A stretch of DNA of 61,917 bases, counting the filler. It is 8 parts of 8 records of this genome, joined end to end, with 100 filler letters (N's around TTAATTAATTAA, not from the genome) between each part and the next. Parts side by side here need not be neighbours in the genome. Positions count along the whole stretch, not along the records: positions 49,898 to 55,795 come from SRR31156797_59764; positions 55,896 to 61,917 come from SRR31156797_59850; 6 more parts are not named here. The stretch is one strand, 5' to 3'. The translations under genes and the position numbers were made by a program. Positions 50,426 to 59,613 of the stretch are shown in pieces (position 1 is the stretch's first letter; each line of letters opens with the position of its first letter). The notes under the pieces were generated by a model that did not search any database, was not told the DNA's origin, and saw nothing but the letters and a program-made list of their open reading frames with translations.

Positions 50426-51073
50426 GTGAATCTCTTTAGTAAAAAACAGAAAATCATCGAGGGCCTGATTCAGCAATACCTGGAACGGGCAGAAACGTGC
50501 CTGGAATGTTTCCAGTCATGTGTGGTATCGGGAATCAACCAGGAACCGCTGGACGTGATCTCGGAAAAATCGACACAGATTCACCTGGCGGAATCAGCAG
50601 CGGACAATACACGACGCGAAATCGAAATGCTGATGTATGGCAAAGCGCTCTTCCCGGAATCCCGTGGAGATATCCTCGGATTGCTCGAAGCGGCCGATAG
50701 TGTGCCAAACGCGGCTGAGTCTGTCTGTCGAAGGCTTGAGTATCAGCAGCTGGTTATACCGAAAGACCTGGCTTCCGGCACGAAACACCTGGTTCATGAA
50801 GTCATGAACTGCTGTACCGAAATGTTCAAGGCGTTCAAGATCCTCTTCGAAGATTACAACAGTGCATTGCATGTTGCCGACCGGGTGACTGATCTGGAAA
50901 GCCGGGCGGATGAAGCCGAATACATATTGCTTGCGAAGATCTTCCAGACCGAAAGAGAACTTGCAGAGAAAATTCTCCTTCGGGACTTTATTTCACGCAT
51001 CGGCGATATGGCGGACCGTGCTGAAAACGCTGGTGATCGGATCCGAATCATCGCGGCCAAGAGGAGGATCTGA
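50426..51073 (+). CDS. DUF47 PhoU-like PiT accessory protein
   Basis: ESAADxxRR, RGDILGL, ESRADE, DRAENAGD; GGAGG RBS; directly before PiT. Confidence 0.92.
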   Translation: MNLFSKKQKIIEGLIQQYLERAETCLECFQSCVVSGINQEPLDVISEKSTQIHLAESAADNTRREIEMLMYGKALFPESRGDILGLLEAADSVPNAAESVCRRLEYQQLVIPKDLASGTKHLVHEVMNCCTEMFKAFKILFEDYNSALHVADRVTDLESRADEAEYILLAKIFQTERELAEKILLRDFISRIGDMADRAENAGDRIRIIAAKRRI

Positions 51074-51075
51074 CT

Positions 51076-52002
51076 GTGTGGTCTCTTGCTGGAGGTGCTT
51101 TTCTCGGCTGGTCGCTCGGGGCCAATGATGCAGCCAATGTCTTCGGGACTGCGGTGGCATCCCGTATCGTTAAATTCGGTACCGCTGCTGCGCTGTGTGG
51201 AATCTTCCTGGTTCTCGGGGCTGTGCTCGAGGGTGAAAAGGGGATTCATACACTCAGCGCCTTGTCTCAACCCGACCTGACGGCTGCCATTGTTGCTTCG
51301 GTGTCAGCAGCGTTGGTCGTTACGTTCATGACGAGAATGGGTATCCCAGTGTCAGCATCCCAGGCTGTTGTGGGGGCGATCATCGGAATCGGGTTGTACC
51401 TGAATAATCCGCAGTGGGCGGGTCTGGGCAAAATTGTGATCTGCTGGGTGGCAACTCCCATCGGTGCATGCCTGATCGCGATGGTGTTATATCATCTTCT
51501 GGGGTTCTTCCTGAATCGTACGAAAATTTCCATTCTCACGCGGGATAACCTGATGTGGGGTGCGCTGATCGCGGTGGGGATCTACGGTTCATATGCGCTG
51601 GGTGCCAACAATGTTGCGAATGTTACGGGCGTCTATTACGTCACGGGTAAGTTTGATAATCCGAAAATGCTGGCCCTGATTGGTGGTGTGTTTATGGCGC
51701 TGGGGGTAATCACCTACAGCCGCCACGTCATGATGACCGTTGGAGCAAAACTTGTGCAACTGGATGCTTATGCAGCCCTGGTCGCAACAACGTCGGAAGC
51801 ATTAACCGTGCATGTATTTGCCTGGCTCGGCGTGCCGGTTTCAACGTCCCAGGCGATCATCGGGGCGGTCGTCGGGGTTGGGCTCATGCGAGGCTCGCAG
51901 ATCGTCAAAGGACAGATGCTTCAGAACATCGGCATCGCCTGGGTGATGTCCCCGGTGTCGGCAGCGGCTGTAGCGGCAGGGATCTACGCGATCGTGAATT
52001 GA
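51076..52002 (+). CDS. PiT-family inorganic phosphate transporter
   Basis: GANDAAN, GANNVAN, PVSASQ, PVSTSQ. Confidence 0.94.
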   Translation: MWSLAGGAFLGWSLGANDAANVFGTAVASRIVKFGTAAALCGIFLVLGAVLEGEKGIHTLSALSQPDLTAAIVASVSAALVVTFMTRMGIPVSASQAVVGAIIGIGLYLNNPQWAGLGKIVICWVATPIGACLIAMVLYHLLGFFLNRTKISILTRDNLMWGALIAVGIYGSYALGANNVANVTGVYYVTGKFDNPKMLALIGGVFMALGVITYSRHVMMTVGAKLVQLDAYAALVATTSEALTVHVFAWLGVPVSTSQAIIGAVVGVGLMRGSQIVKGQMLQNIGIAWVMSPVSAAAVAAGIYAIVN

Positions 52003-52033
52003 TGTCTTGGTTACGTAAGAAGCAAAAGGTGAG

Positions 52034-52879
52034 ATGATGGTAAAAGGACTTGTCAGGAACACTCGATTGATGTCGCTGCTGGTGGCGATTGTCGTGTCCA
52101 TGTTGGTTGTCGGATGCAATCCGGACAAGCGACGATACAAACATCATTCATTCGTTTCCGAATCCGATGCAGCCGAATACCTCGAAACGGCGCTCGAATC
52201 GAACAATCCGGATGAGCGTCGGGAATGCCTGGCAGAGATCGCAAAAACAAAGTATGTCGATGATCCCGTGATTCGTCAGGCACTCAGATCGGTCGTTTTG
52301 GAGGATTCCAGCAGCCTGGTGCGCAGCACCGCGATTCGGATTCTCGCGGAAGTCGCTGATCCACAAACGGCGGAGATCGCGATTCAGGTCCTTGCTGATC
52401 CGCAGGATCCTGAGCGGAAAATCCCTCCGGCAGGAACTACTCTCAGGAGAGACGCAGCACGTGGATTGGCCGCAATGGTAGGGGCGCAGCAGGTGGATAT
52501 GACGGAGCAGGGAGAGGCGATCCAGCAGACTGCAATCCGGTTGATCAATTCAGATCCTTCACGGGATGTACGCATGGCCTCGGCAGAGATTCTCGGGTGG
52601 TGTCCTTCGCGGAATTCACTGGATACGCTGATCGGAGCTCTTGAGCAGAGGGATTTCGGGATTGTCCACGAATGCGAACGATCCCTGATGCGACTCACGG
52701 GATGCGAGTTCGATCACCACGCTCCGGCCTGGAAGACGTGGCTCGAAGAAACGGAAGAGCCATTTGCCGATGCCGGACGCCTGGACGAAAAACTGGAGCG
52801 GAAGGAAAAAGGGTGGTGGCAGAGAACCGCTGAAATCGCAAAAAGGAATATGGCAAACTTTGCACCGAAAGAAGAGTAA
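52034..52879 (+). CDS. HEAT-repeat lipoprotein
   Basis: Lipobox VVGC; repeats VRSTAIRIL, LRRDAARGL, VRMASAEILG, SLMRLTG. Confidence 0.82.
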   Translation: MMVKGLVRNTRLMSLLVAIVVSMLVVGCNPDKRRYKHHSFVSESDAAEYLETALESNNPDERRECLAEIAKTKYVDDPVIRQALRSVVLEDSSSLVRSTAIRILAEVADPQTAEIAIQVLADPQDPERKIPPAGTTLRRDAARGLAAMVGAQQVDMTEQGEAIQQTAIRLINSDPSRDVRMASAEILGWCPSRNSLDTLIGALEQRDFGIVHECERSLMRLTGCEFDHHAPAWKTWLEETEEPFADAGRLDEKLERKEKGWWQRTAEIAKRNMANFAPKEE

Positions 52880-52902
52880 CCTGAACCAGCAGGGAGTCGA
52901 TC

Positions 52903-53841
52903 ATGAAAAACTCGATGTGTCTTACGTTGTTCGTGGCTGTTTGTTTCTCGGTAGCCTGCACGCCCGAGGTCAAGGAAACCCCGGCGATTCAGCAGGAACC
53001 TCAGGTCGAAAAAAAGGTGGAGCTCAATGTTCCAACCGGAACGTTCGAAGAACTTCGCGAGCGTGCGCTGTATACCTTCAACGAAGCTGATGTGGACCTG
53101 TACCTGAAACACCTTCGGGATATTGAACCGGACCTGTGCCAACGGATTATCCACCTGGGGCGTAAGAATCTCGGGCAACCGTATGAACTGTACCTGCTCG
53201 GAGAGTTTCCGTTTGAACTTTATGATCCGCAGCCACTGTACTGCCTGGATCGTAGCGATTGCGTGGTTTTCAGCGAACACACCTTTGCCATGGCATTGGG
53301 ATATGACTGGCCATCGTTCTTCCGGAATCTTCAGCGTATCCGGTACAAAGATGGGCGTATTGGAGTCGTAACCCGGAATCACTACACCATTGCCGACTGG
53401 GACGTCAACAATGCATGGCTCTTTGAAGACATGACGCAGAAACTGGGTGATGGAAAAGCCTGCGTTCCTCTTCACCAGGTCTGCAAACGGCAGAAGTTTT
53501 TCCGTAAGCGATACAAGATCGAGACCGATATCCCCGACCAGGTGATTAAAGATGCGTATATCCCGGTAGCGAATGTGCCGTCCATTCTTGGTGAACTGAG
53601 GGATGGGGATTTTGTTCACATCATTCGCGGCAATGAGAAAAGCCAGTACGCCGGACATGTTGGATTGATCGCCCTGGCCGAAGATGGGACCGTTGATTTT
53701 CTTCATTCAACTCGACCGAAAGTCAAAGAGCAGCCGTTGATGGAATACCTGACAGCTGGCAAGAAAACAATCGGCATCAAAATCCTCCGACTGCACGACG
53801 ATGCCCAGGCAATCATGGACAGGGAACTCGGGCGGAAATAG
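52903..53841 (+). CDS. DUF1460 (NlpC/P60-like amidase) lipoprotein
   Basis: Lipobox SVAC; LGQPY, DCVVF (catalytic Cys), RNHY, GHVG, HS. Confidence 0.85.
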   Translation: MKNSMCLTLFVAVCFSVACTPEVKETPAIQQEPQVEKKVELNVPTGTFEELRERALYTFNEADVDLYLKHLRDIEPDLCQRIIHLGRKNLGQPYELYLLGEFPFELYDPQPLYCLDRSDCVVFSEHTFAMALGYDWPSFFRNLQRIRYKDGRIGVVTRNHYTIADWDVNNAWLFEDMTQKLGDGKACVPLHQVCKRQKFFRKRYKIETDIPDQVIKDAYIPVANVPSILGELRDGDFVHIIRGNEKSQYAGHVGLIALAEDGTVDFLHSTRPKVKEQPLMEYLTAGKKTIGIKILRLHDDAQAIMDRELGRK

Positions 53842-53866
53842 GGAGTCACAAGAGATCGAGGAAGGC

Positions 53867-55234
53867 TTATCCTTCCTCTTCAAGTGCCTGAAGTCGTCGA
53901 CGAAGTGCACCACGGCTGAGCCCGAGAAACCTTGCTGCCTGGGAGATATTGCCTTCGGCCTTTTCCATGGCTCGTTGAATTGCCCTGTTCTCGACTTCGG
54001 CAAGCGTTAGCCCGTCGATCGTATCACTGCTGTCAGGCAGATCCTGGGTGCCTGCCCCGACCAGGCCAAGATGCTCCGTTCTTATGTCACTGTCTGTCAG
54101 CAGAACCGCACGCTCGAGGACATGCTGGAGTTCACGGACATTGCCCGGCCAGGTGTAGCGTCGAATGTGGTTTTTGGAATCTTCAGATAGCTCAGGTGGA
54201 GTTCTTCGGTACTTTCTCGCAAGCTGTCGAATAAAATGATCTGCCAGAAGGAAGACGTCGTCGCCTCGTTCGCGAAGCGCCGGGAGACTCAGTGTGAATA
54301 CATTCAGTCGATAGTAGAGGTCTTCACGAAACGTTTTATCGTGTACTCTTTCCTGCAGGTCAGCATTGGTCGCTGCGATTATGCGAACATTCACCGAGAG
54401 GTCACGGGTACCGCCGACGTGACGGATGATCTTTCGTTCGAGTGCGGTCAACAGTTTGGATTGTGATTCCAGCGGAAGTTCGCCCAGTTCGTTGAGGAAC
54501 ACCGTGCCCCCGGATGCGATCTCCAGCAAACCTCGCTTGGATGTTTTCGCATCGGTAAAAGCTCCCCGCTCATGTCCGAACAGCTCCGATTCGATCAATT
54601 CCCTGGGAAGCGATGCACAATCGATATGCACAAACGGAGAATCCGCCAGCGGTCCGGAGTTGTGAATATACCGCGCAAGCAGGTCCTTACCGGTCCCGGT
54701 CTCCCCGGTGATCAGGACGGGCGGAAACTCGGACGCTACCGCAACACCAGGTCGTGCGGCGCGATCCGCCAGTTCAAGAATGGACTGGATCGCCTGGCTC
54801 TCACCGATGATCTGTTCCCGCTGATCAGCTGTGCCCTTGGTTCGTTCATAAAGCTCCGCTTTGCCTCGCAATCGCTGCGTCTCGAGGTTGCGCTCGACGA
54901 TAAAACTGAGGTTATCCAGATCAACCGGCTTCTCGATATAATCGTTGGCCCCATCGTGAATTGCACTGACAGCGTTGGGAATAGAACCGAAGGCGGTTAA
55001 TACCACGATTGGGAACTGTTCATCTTCGGATCGCAGCTGGCGGACAAGGTCCAGTCCGTTTCCGTCCGGCAGGCGGATGTCCACAACCATCAGGTCCGGG
55101 GTTTCCTGCTGTAGAAATGCCTTGGCTTCCGCAATGGTCTGAGCACAGTGGCAATCATGAGGCACCCTCGAAAGGCTCAGCTCCATGGAATGAAGCAGAG
55201 AGGTTTCATCATCAATCAGAAGTATCCTGGCCAT
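53867..55234 (-). CDS. NtrC/AtoC-family sigma54-dependent response regulator
   Basis: REC, GETGTGKD, ELFGHERGAFTDA, FLNE, WPGNVREL, Fis-type HTH. Confidence 0.94.
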   Translation of the reverse strand: MARILLIDDETSLLHSMELSLSRVPHDCHCAQTIAEAKAFLQQETPDLMVVDIRLPDGNGLDLVRQLRSEDEQFPIVVLTAFGSIPNAVSAIHDGANDYIEKPVDLDNLSFIVERNLETQRLRGKAELYERTKGTADQREQIIGESQAIQSILELADRAARPGVAVASEFPPVLITGETGTGKDLLARYIHNSGPLADSPFVHIDCASLPRELIESELFGHERGAFTDAKTSKRGLLEIASGGTVFLNELGELPLESQSKLLTALERKIIRHVGGTRDLSVNVRIIAATNADLQERVHDKTFREDLYYRLNVFTLSLPALRERGDDVFLLADHFIRQLARKYRRTPPELSEDSKNHIRRYTWPGNVRELQHVLERAVLLTDSDIRTEHLGLVGAGTQDLPDSSDTIDGLTLAEVENRAIQRAMEKAEGNISQAARFLGLSRGALRRRLQALEEEG

Positions 55235-55793
55235 TGTTATCTCCCATCCAGTTTTCCGCAGGCAGTTTCAAGGTTACGATTGTGCCACCGGATTCGTGAG
55301 AGTCAAACCGGATTTCCCCGCCGTGCGTCTCGATAATCTTTTTCGCCATGAACAAACCGATTCCGGTTCCCCCTGGCTTGGTCGTGAAATAGGGGGAAGC
55401 GATCCTGTCCCGGACCTCATCTGGAATCCCGGAGCCGTAGTCTTTGACGTGGACCAGGACCCACTGCTCGCTCTCCTGCTCGCAGAAAAACTCGATTCGG
55501 CTGTCTGGAGGGGAGGCATCCAGGGCGTTGTCCACAACGATCTGAACCGCCTGTTCGATGTGCCGGACATCTACGCAGACATCCAGGTCGCAGTTGATGT
55601 TCTCCGGGTCAAGATGAATGTTCCTGCGTTCGGCATTGTTTTTCTGGGCTCGAAGAACCGGTTCAATCATGTCGCGAACGGAGATCAGTTGCCAGTGAAG
55701 CTCCAGGGGGCGATTCACCATCAGCAGTTCCTTGATCCAGCGATTCAGCGAGTCAACCGTATCGACAATCAGGATCTGCTTCGAGTAGGTTTC
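55212..55793 (-). CDS. Sensor histidine kinase, C-terminal HATPase part
   Basis: NALDAS, DYGSGI, YFTTK, GTGIGL, HGG. Confidence 0.92.
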   Translation of the reverse strand, partial: ETYSKQILIVDTVDSLNRWIKELLMVNRPLELHWQLISVRDMIEPVLRAQKNNAERRNIHLDPENINCDLDVCVDVRHIEQAVQIVVDNALDASPPDSRIEFFCEQESEQWVLVHVKDYGSGIPDEVRDRIASPYFTTKPGGTGIGLFMAKKIIETHGGEIRFDSHESGGTIVTLKLPAENWMGDNNGQDTSD

Positions 55794-55795
55794 TG

Positions 55796-55895
55796 NNNNN
55801 NNNNNNNNNNNNNNNNNNNNNNNNNNNNNNNNNNNNNNNTTAATTAATTAANNNNNNNNNNNNNNNNNNNNNNNNNNNNNNNNNNNNNNNNNNNN
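55796..55895. other. Artificial contig spacer
   Basis: N run, TTAATTAATTAA, N run. Confidence 0.99.
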
Positions 55896-56056
55896 ATAAT
55901 AACCGTTAAAATTACTGGAAAAGTACCCGGTCCAGCAAAGCTCGTAACGCTGGTACTAAATGGTAATTTTGACGATGCAACAAGCATCCCTAATCCAAAT
56001 AGGAAAAACATTGATGCAACTATTAATTCCATAGTTATTTTCTTCAAAATTTTCAT
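55896..56056 (-). CDS. Tripartite tricarboxylate transporter TctB, N-terminal part
   Basis: TM helix followed by GPGTFP; downstream of the TctC gene. Confidence 0.8.
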
Positions 56057-56208
56057 AACATGAGATCGAGGGATGAACTCGACTCTCTCCTCCTGTTTAC
56101 ATAGCATGATTAAGTCTTTGTCCAAACGCCTTAACCTGCATATATCATGAATAGTCACTCCCGTACCACGTCGGAAGGAGCCCATAAAGAACTACAATCC
56201 GAAAGGAA

Positions 56209-56275
56209 GCGCTGTACCGAGTCATAATCTCTCTGAGCTGATTCAGATCAGAGAACAAATCTCCCGGTACAACGC
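56209..56275 (-). terminator. Long intercistronic hairpin after the TctC gene (terminator or mRNA stabiliser)
   Basis: Outer stem GCGCTGTACCG/CGGTACAACGC, inner stem TCTCTGAGCTGA/TCAGATCAGAGA; followed by TTCCTTT on the minus strand. Confidence 0.6.
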
Positions 56276-56317
56276 ATCCATTATTTTTTCAGAATTAATT
56301 CATCTCCCGGGGGTCTT

Positions 56318-57298
56318 TTATTTTCCCTGGATAGCCTGAATCATATCATGATACATTTCAAAATCCTTATGCCATTTTTCAGTGAAAGCAGTGGTTTCAG
56401 TGTAAACAACAGGACTGTTAATGTTCATCATTTGTTCAACAACTGTCGGATTTCCCAAAGCCTCTTTTATACCATCGTCTAACACATCAAGAATTTCTTT
56501 AGGTGTTCCTGCAGGAGCGGTAAAACCCCACCAGGGTCCGATAACGACATCATATCCCTGCTCCATAAAGGTCGGAACTTCGGGAAACCAGGAATCTCTT
56601 TCCGCTGATGCAATAGCAAGTACTTTCAGATTTCCATCTGCAATGTGATCCGATGTATCACCCGCATCTCCAAGACTGAAAACAATATGTCCACCAAGCA
56701 CGGCTGTAGTTGCTTCCACACCGCTGTCGAAGGGCACCATGTTGAAGAGTCCCGGTTCTCCCAAAGCAGCCTGGAACAATTCACAGGCAACATGTCCGGT
56801 TCCACCGGCTCCTGTGGATGAATATGTCATTTCACCATAGTTTTCTTTTGCAGCCGCAATTAAATCATCTAATGTATCAAATTCGGAATCTGCACTGACA
56901 AACAACATTGTCGGTAAGAAGGAGGTCTGACTAATCGGAGCAAATTCTTCATCCGTATATCCAACATCACCCTGGTTCGGGGTCAACATGGCAGGGCCCA
57001 GAGAAGAAAGGGCAATAGTATAGCCGTCTGGATCAGCGATAGATAATGCATTCATAGCAATAGCACCACCACCACCAGGTCTGTTTTCAACTACAAATGG
57101 AACTCCCAGAATATCACTGAGAGGTTCTGCAATGATTCTTGCCATTAAATCCGTACTTCCACCCGCCGGAAAAGGTACATAGACTGTGACATTACCAGCC
57201 GGATATTCTTCAGGAGTCGCTGCTTCCTGGGATCCGCCTGCAAAAACAAAGGAAAAACCAACCAACATCAATACTAATACTAAACTAATCTTTCTCAT
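56318..57298 (-). CDS. Tripartite tricarboxylate transporter substrate-binding protein (TctC/Bug)
   Basis: PFPAGGSTD, VENRPGGGG, DGYT, VPTFxEQG; spirochaete-style leader FAGGSQE. Confidence 0.93.
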   Translation of the reverse strand: MRKISLVLVLMLVGFSFVFAGGSQEAATPEEYPAGNVTVYVPFPAGGSTDLMARIIAEPLSDILGVPFVVENRPGGGGAIAMNALSIADPDGYTIALSSLGPAMLTPNQGDVGYTDEEFAPISQTSFLPTMLFVSADSEFDTLDDLIAAAKENYGEMTYSSTGAGGTGHVACELFQAALGEPGLFNMVPFDSGVEATTAVLGGHIVFSLGDAGDTSDHIADGNLKVLAIASAERDSWFPEVPTFMEQGYDVVIGPWWGFTAPAGTPKEILDVLDDGIKEALGNPTVVEQMMNINSPVVYTETTAFTEKWHKDFEMYHDMIQAIQGK

Positions 57299-57433
57299 AA
57301 AAAATCCTCCTGTTATTTCTCAAAAACTTTTATTCCGAAACATAAAACTGTTCAAGCCATGTTCAAGTATCGTGCATAGTTCCCTCCTAAACCCGCTATT
57401 GGGGTTCTATAACTCTTGTTTTTATTAAAGTGA

Positions 57434-58645
57434 TCATTTCAAACCGGCGTCGATAACCATTTGTGAAAACTCTTCATCAGTAATTAGACGCCGGAGTTCA
57501 ATACCGCGGCTTTTCACCTTCTGAAGCAGATCATCAACAATTTTTTCATCAGGTGCTTGAATCCCTCTTTTCTTGAGGGAATGGAGAATCGAGAGCTTTC
57601 CACTTTTTTTACCCAATACGACATTTCCTTCTCGACCCATAAGAGAGGGGGCAATGGCAAACATGGCAAGGGGGTTATTTTCCACAAGATCCACTCCAAT
57701 ACCGGATTCTCTTGTAAAGTTCGCCCTTCCGGTTATTGGCTTGTTCTGAGGAAGTCGGATACCCGTAATTTCTTCTGCCATCTCGGACAGTTCAACAAGA
57801 GATTCGATCTTGTAATTTTTATCGTAACCGTAAAGCAGCATCAGACCGACCGCGAGTTCTTCCATCGCAGCATTCCCGGTTCTTTCTCCAAGTCCGTTAA
57901 TACATGAATGAACGACTTCGGCGCCTGCTTCGATCGCTGCGAATTCACAGGCGACGGCTTGTCCAAAATCATTGTGCGTGTGGATCTCCACCGGCAGGTT
58001 AGTCAGTGTTTTAACTTTTTTCACAAGGTATTTGATAGACTCCGGCAGTGCACAACCCATTGTGTCTACAACACCAACGGAATCCGGCGGAGTGTTAGCC
58101 ATGAGTTTTGTCAACAAGTTCTCAAGATCCTCTTCAACCGCCCGGGTTGTGTCGTACGGAAAATAGACCGCATAAAGCCCCTTCTCTTTCGCGTATTCGA
58201 TAGCCGGCGCACTCTTCTCATAAACATTCTCCCAGGTCCATCCGAACTGATCCCGCAGCTTCGGTAGGCCGATGGGAACTTCAATAATGACCCCTGAAGC
58301 CCCGCACTCCACTGCAGCATCAATATCACCTTTCATAGCTCTGGCAAAAGTGAAAATCTGAGAGTCCAGGGATTTCGAAGTGATTTTTTTGATCGCATTA
58401 AAATCATCACTCGAAACGGCAGGCATTCCAGCTTCGATTCGTTCAATTCCGATTTCACTCATTTTAGAGGCCAGACGAACCTTATCTTCAGGTCTCATCA
58501 CAACACCCGGGGTCTGTTCGCCATCTCTGAGAGTGGCATCATGAATAACGACGTCTTGAGGAAGGGATAAATTACCTCTGACCTTGTCAATAAAATTGAA
58601 AGGGCTCACCCACCATTTTTCTTTCTTAAAATACTCTGTATTCAT
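57434..58645 (-). CDS. DRE-TIM metallolyase (homocitrate/isopropylmalate synthase-like) without a regulatory domain
   Basis: DATLRDGEQTPG, DTMG, HTHNDFG, GLGERTGN, LGKKSG; 403 aa. Confidence 0.88.
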   Translation of the reverse strand: MNTEYFKKEKWWVSPFNFIDKVRGNLSLPQDVVIHDATLRDGEQTPGVVMRPEDKVRLASKMSEIGIERIEAGMPAVSSDDFNAIKKITSKSLDSQIFTFARAMKGDIDAAVECGASGVIIEVPIGLPKLRDQFGWTWENVYEKSAPAIEYAKEKGLYAVYFPYDTTRAVEEDLENLLTKLMANTPPDSVGVVDTMGCALPESIKYLVKKVKTLTNLPVEIHTHNDFGQAVACEFAAIEAGAEVVHSCINGLGERTGNAAMEELAVGLMLLYGYDKNYKIESLVELSEMAEEITGIRLPQNKPITGRANFTRESGIGVDLVENNPLAMFAIAPSLMGREGNVVLGKKSGKLSILHSLKKRGIQAPDEKIVDDLLQKVKSRGIELRRLITDEEFSQMVIDAGLK

Positions 58646-58675
58646 TTCAACTCCTTTCGCTCACCCTATGTTCCA

Positions 58676-58688
58676 GTGGTCAGACCAC
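58676..58688. promoter_or_regulatory. FadR-family operator
   Basis: Palindrome GTGGT-CAG-ACCAC about 30 nt upstream of the DRE-TIM gene. Confidence 0.75.
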
Positions 58689-58703
58689 GGCAATGAAAAA
58701 AAA

Positions 58704-59408
58704 TTATGAAATACGTTTATAAACGGATTCAACATGCATTTGCATGTATTTTGCGGCATCCTCAGGATTTTTATCTTCGATTGCCTTCAAAATTTTCTTA
58801 TGAAACTCAATCGTCTCTTCCGATATCCCGAGGACAGGCACGGTTGAATCCCGGCTGATCTTCATTATGTCATGAATTGATATCAAAACACCTGATAAAA
58901 TAGAATTCCCGGCTGATTTTGCAATAGCTTCATGAAATGCAATCTCCAGATCAATCGCCAAATCCCGATTATGATAATTGTCCACTAACCGGGTGAAGAC
59001 GTCTTTCAAATTCGCCAGATCCTCTTCTGTTGCCTTTATCGCGGCCTGCCGGGTGCACTCGACCTCTATCATCTTCCGGAACTCGTACAGTTCCAGTAGC
59101 TTTTCTTTATTTGATGCAATCATAAATGCCAGCGGTCTCAACACCGACATGGAGAGTTTTGAATCATCCAATACCATTCCCTGCCCGTGCTCAACCTTGA
59201 CAATCCCCATCATATCAAGAACTCGTATAGCCTCTCGCAAGGAGGATCTACTAATTAAAAGAGCCTCAGAAAGTTCACGCTCAGCAGGAAGCTTATCTCC
59301 GGCTTTTAGATTCTGGTTTTTCACCAAATCATAAATGCGTTCAATAGCCTGTTCAACAACCGATGTCTTCTTGATTGGTTTTATGGTATATGTTTCATTT
59401 AAACCCAT
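58704..59408 (-). CDS. GntR/FadR-family transcriptional regulator
   Basis: GDKLPAERELS, SRSSLREA; FCD domain with FHEAIAxxxGN. Confidence 0.95.
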   Translation of the reverse strand: MGLNETYTIKPIKKTSVVEQAIERIYDLVKNQNLKAGDKLPAERELSEALLISRSSLREAIRVLDMMGIVKVEHGQGMVLDDSKLSMSVLRPLAFMIASNKEKLLELYEFRKMIEVECTRQAAIKATEEDLANLKDVFTRLVDNYHNRDLAIDLEIAFHEAIAKSAGNSILSGVLISIHDIMKISRDSTVPVLGISEETIEFHKKILKAIEDKNPEDAAKYMQMHVESVYKRIS

Positions 59409-59464
59409 AAGTTAGATTACCATGTAGATGTCTGGTTGTCAAACAAATAAATAATAATGTTCAG

Positions 59465-59477
59465 GTGGTCATACCAC
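59465..59477. promoter_or_regulatory. FadR-family operator (autoregulatory)
   Basis: GTGGT-CAT-ACCAC, 12/13 identical to the 58676 site; a weaker GTTGT-CAA-ACAAA lies near 59434. Confidence 0.75.
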
Positions 59478-59518
59478 TAATTCAATTACAAGATTCTGCT
59501 ACAAAAATTGCATATAGA

Positions 59519-59577
59519 TGTAACCATTGACATTACACCTGATATTCACTACATTTGACGTAACAATTATAGTTACA
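59519..59577 (+). promoter_or_regulatory. sigma70 promoter bracketed by two TGTAAC-N7-GTTACA (Rrf2-type) operators
   Basis: TGTAAC-CATTGAC-ATTACA 59519-59537 covers the -35 TTGACA (59527); -10 TACATT at 59550 (17-nt spacer); CGTAAC-AATTATA-GTTACA 59559-59577 covers the predicted +1. Confidence 0.78.
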
Positions 59578-59613
59578 TCATCGACAAATCCCAGACAAAT
59601 GGAGGGAAACTGA

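Noticed and set aside
5468-55895. Seven identical N/TTAATTAATTAA blocks as a biological repeat, and any gene association across them
   Set aside because: They are fixed 100-nt artificial joins. Composition and apparent taxonomy change at each one, so links such as pstS/phoU with DUF47/PiT, or phage with SirTM, are not supported.
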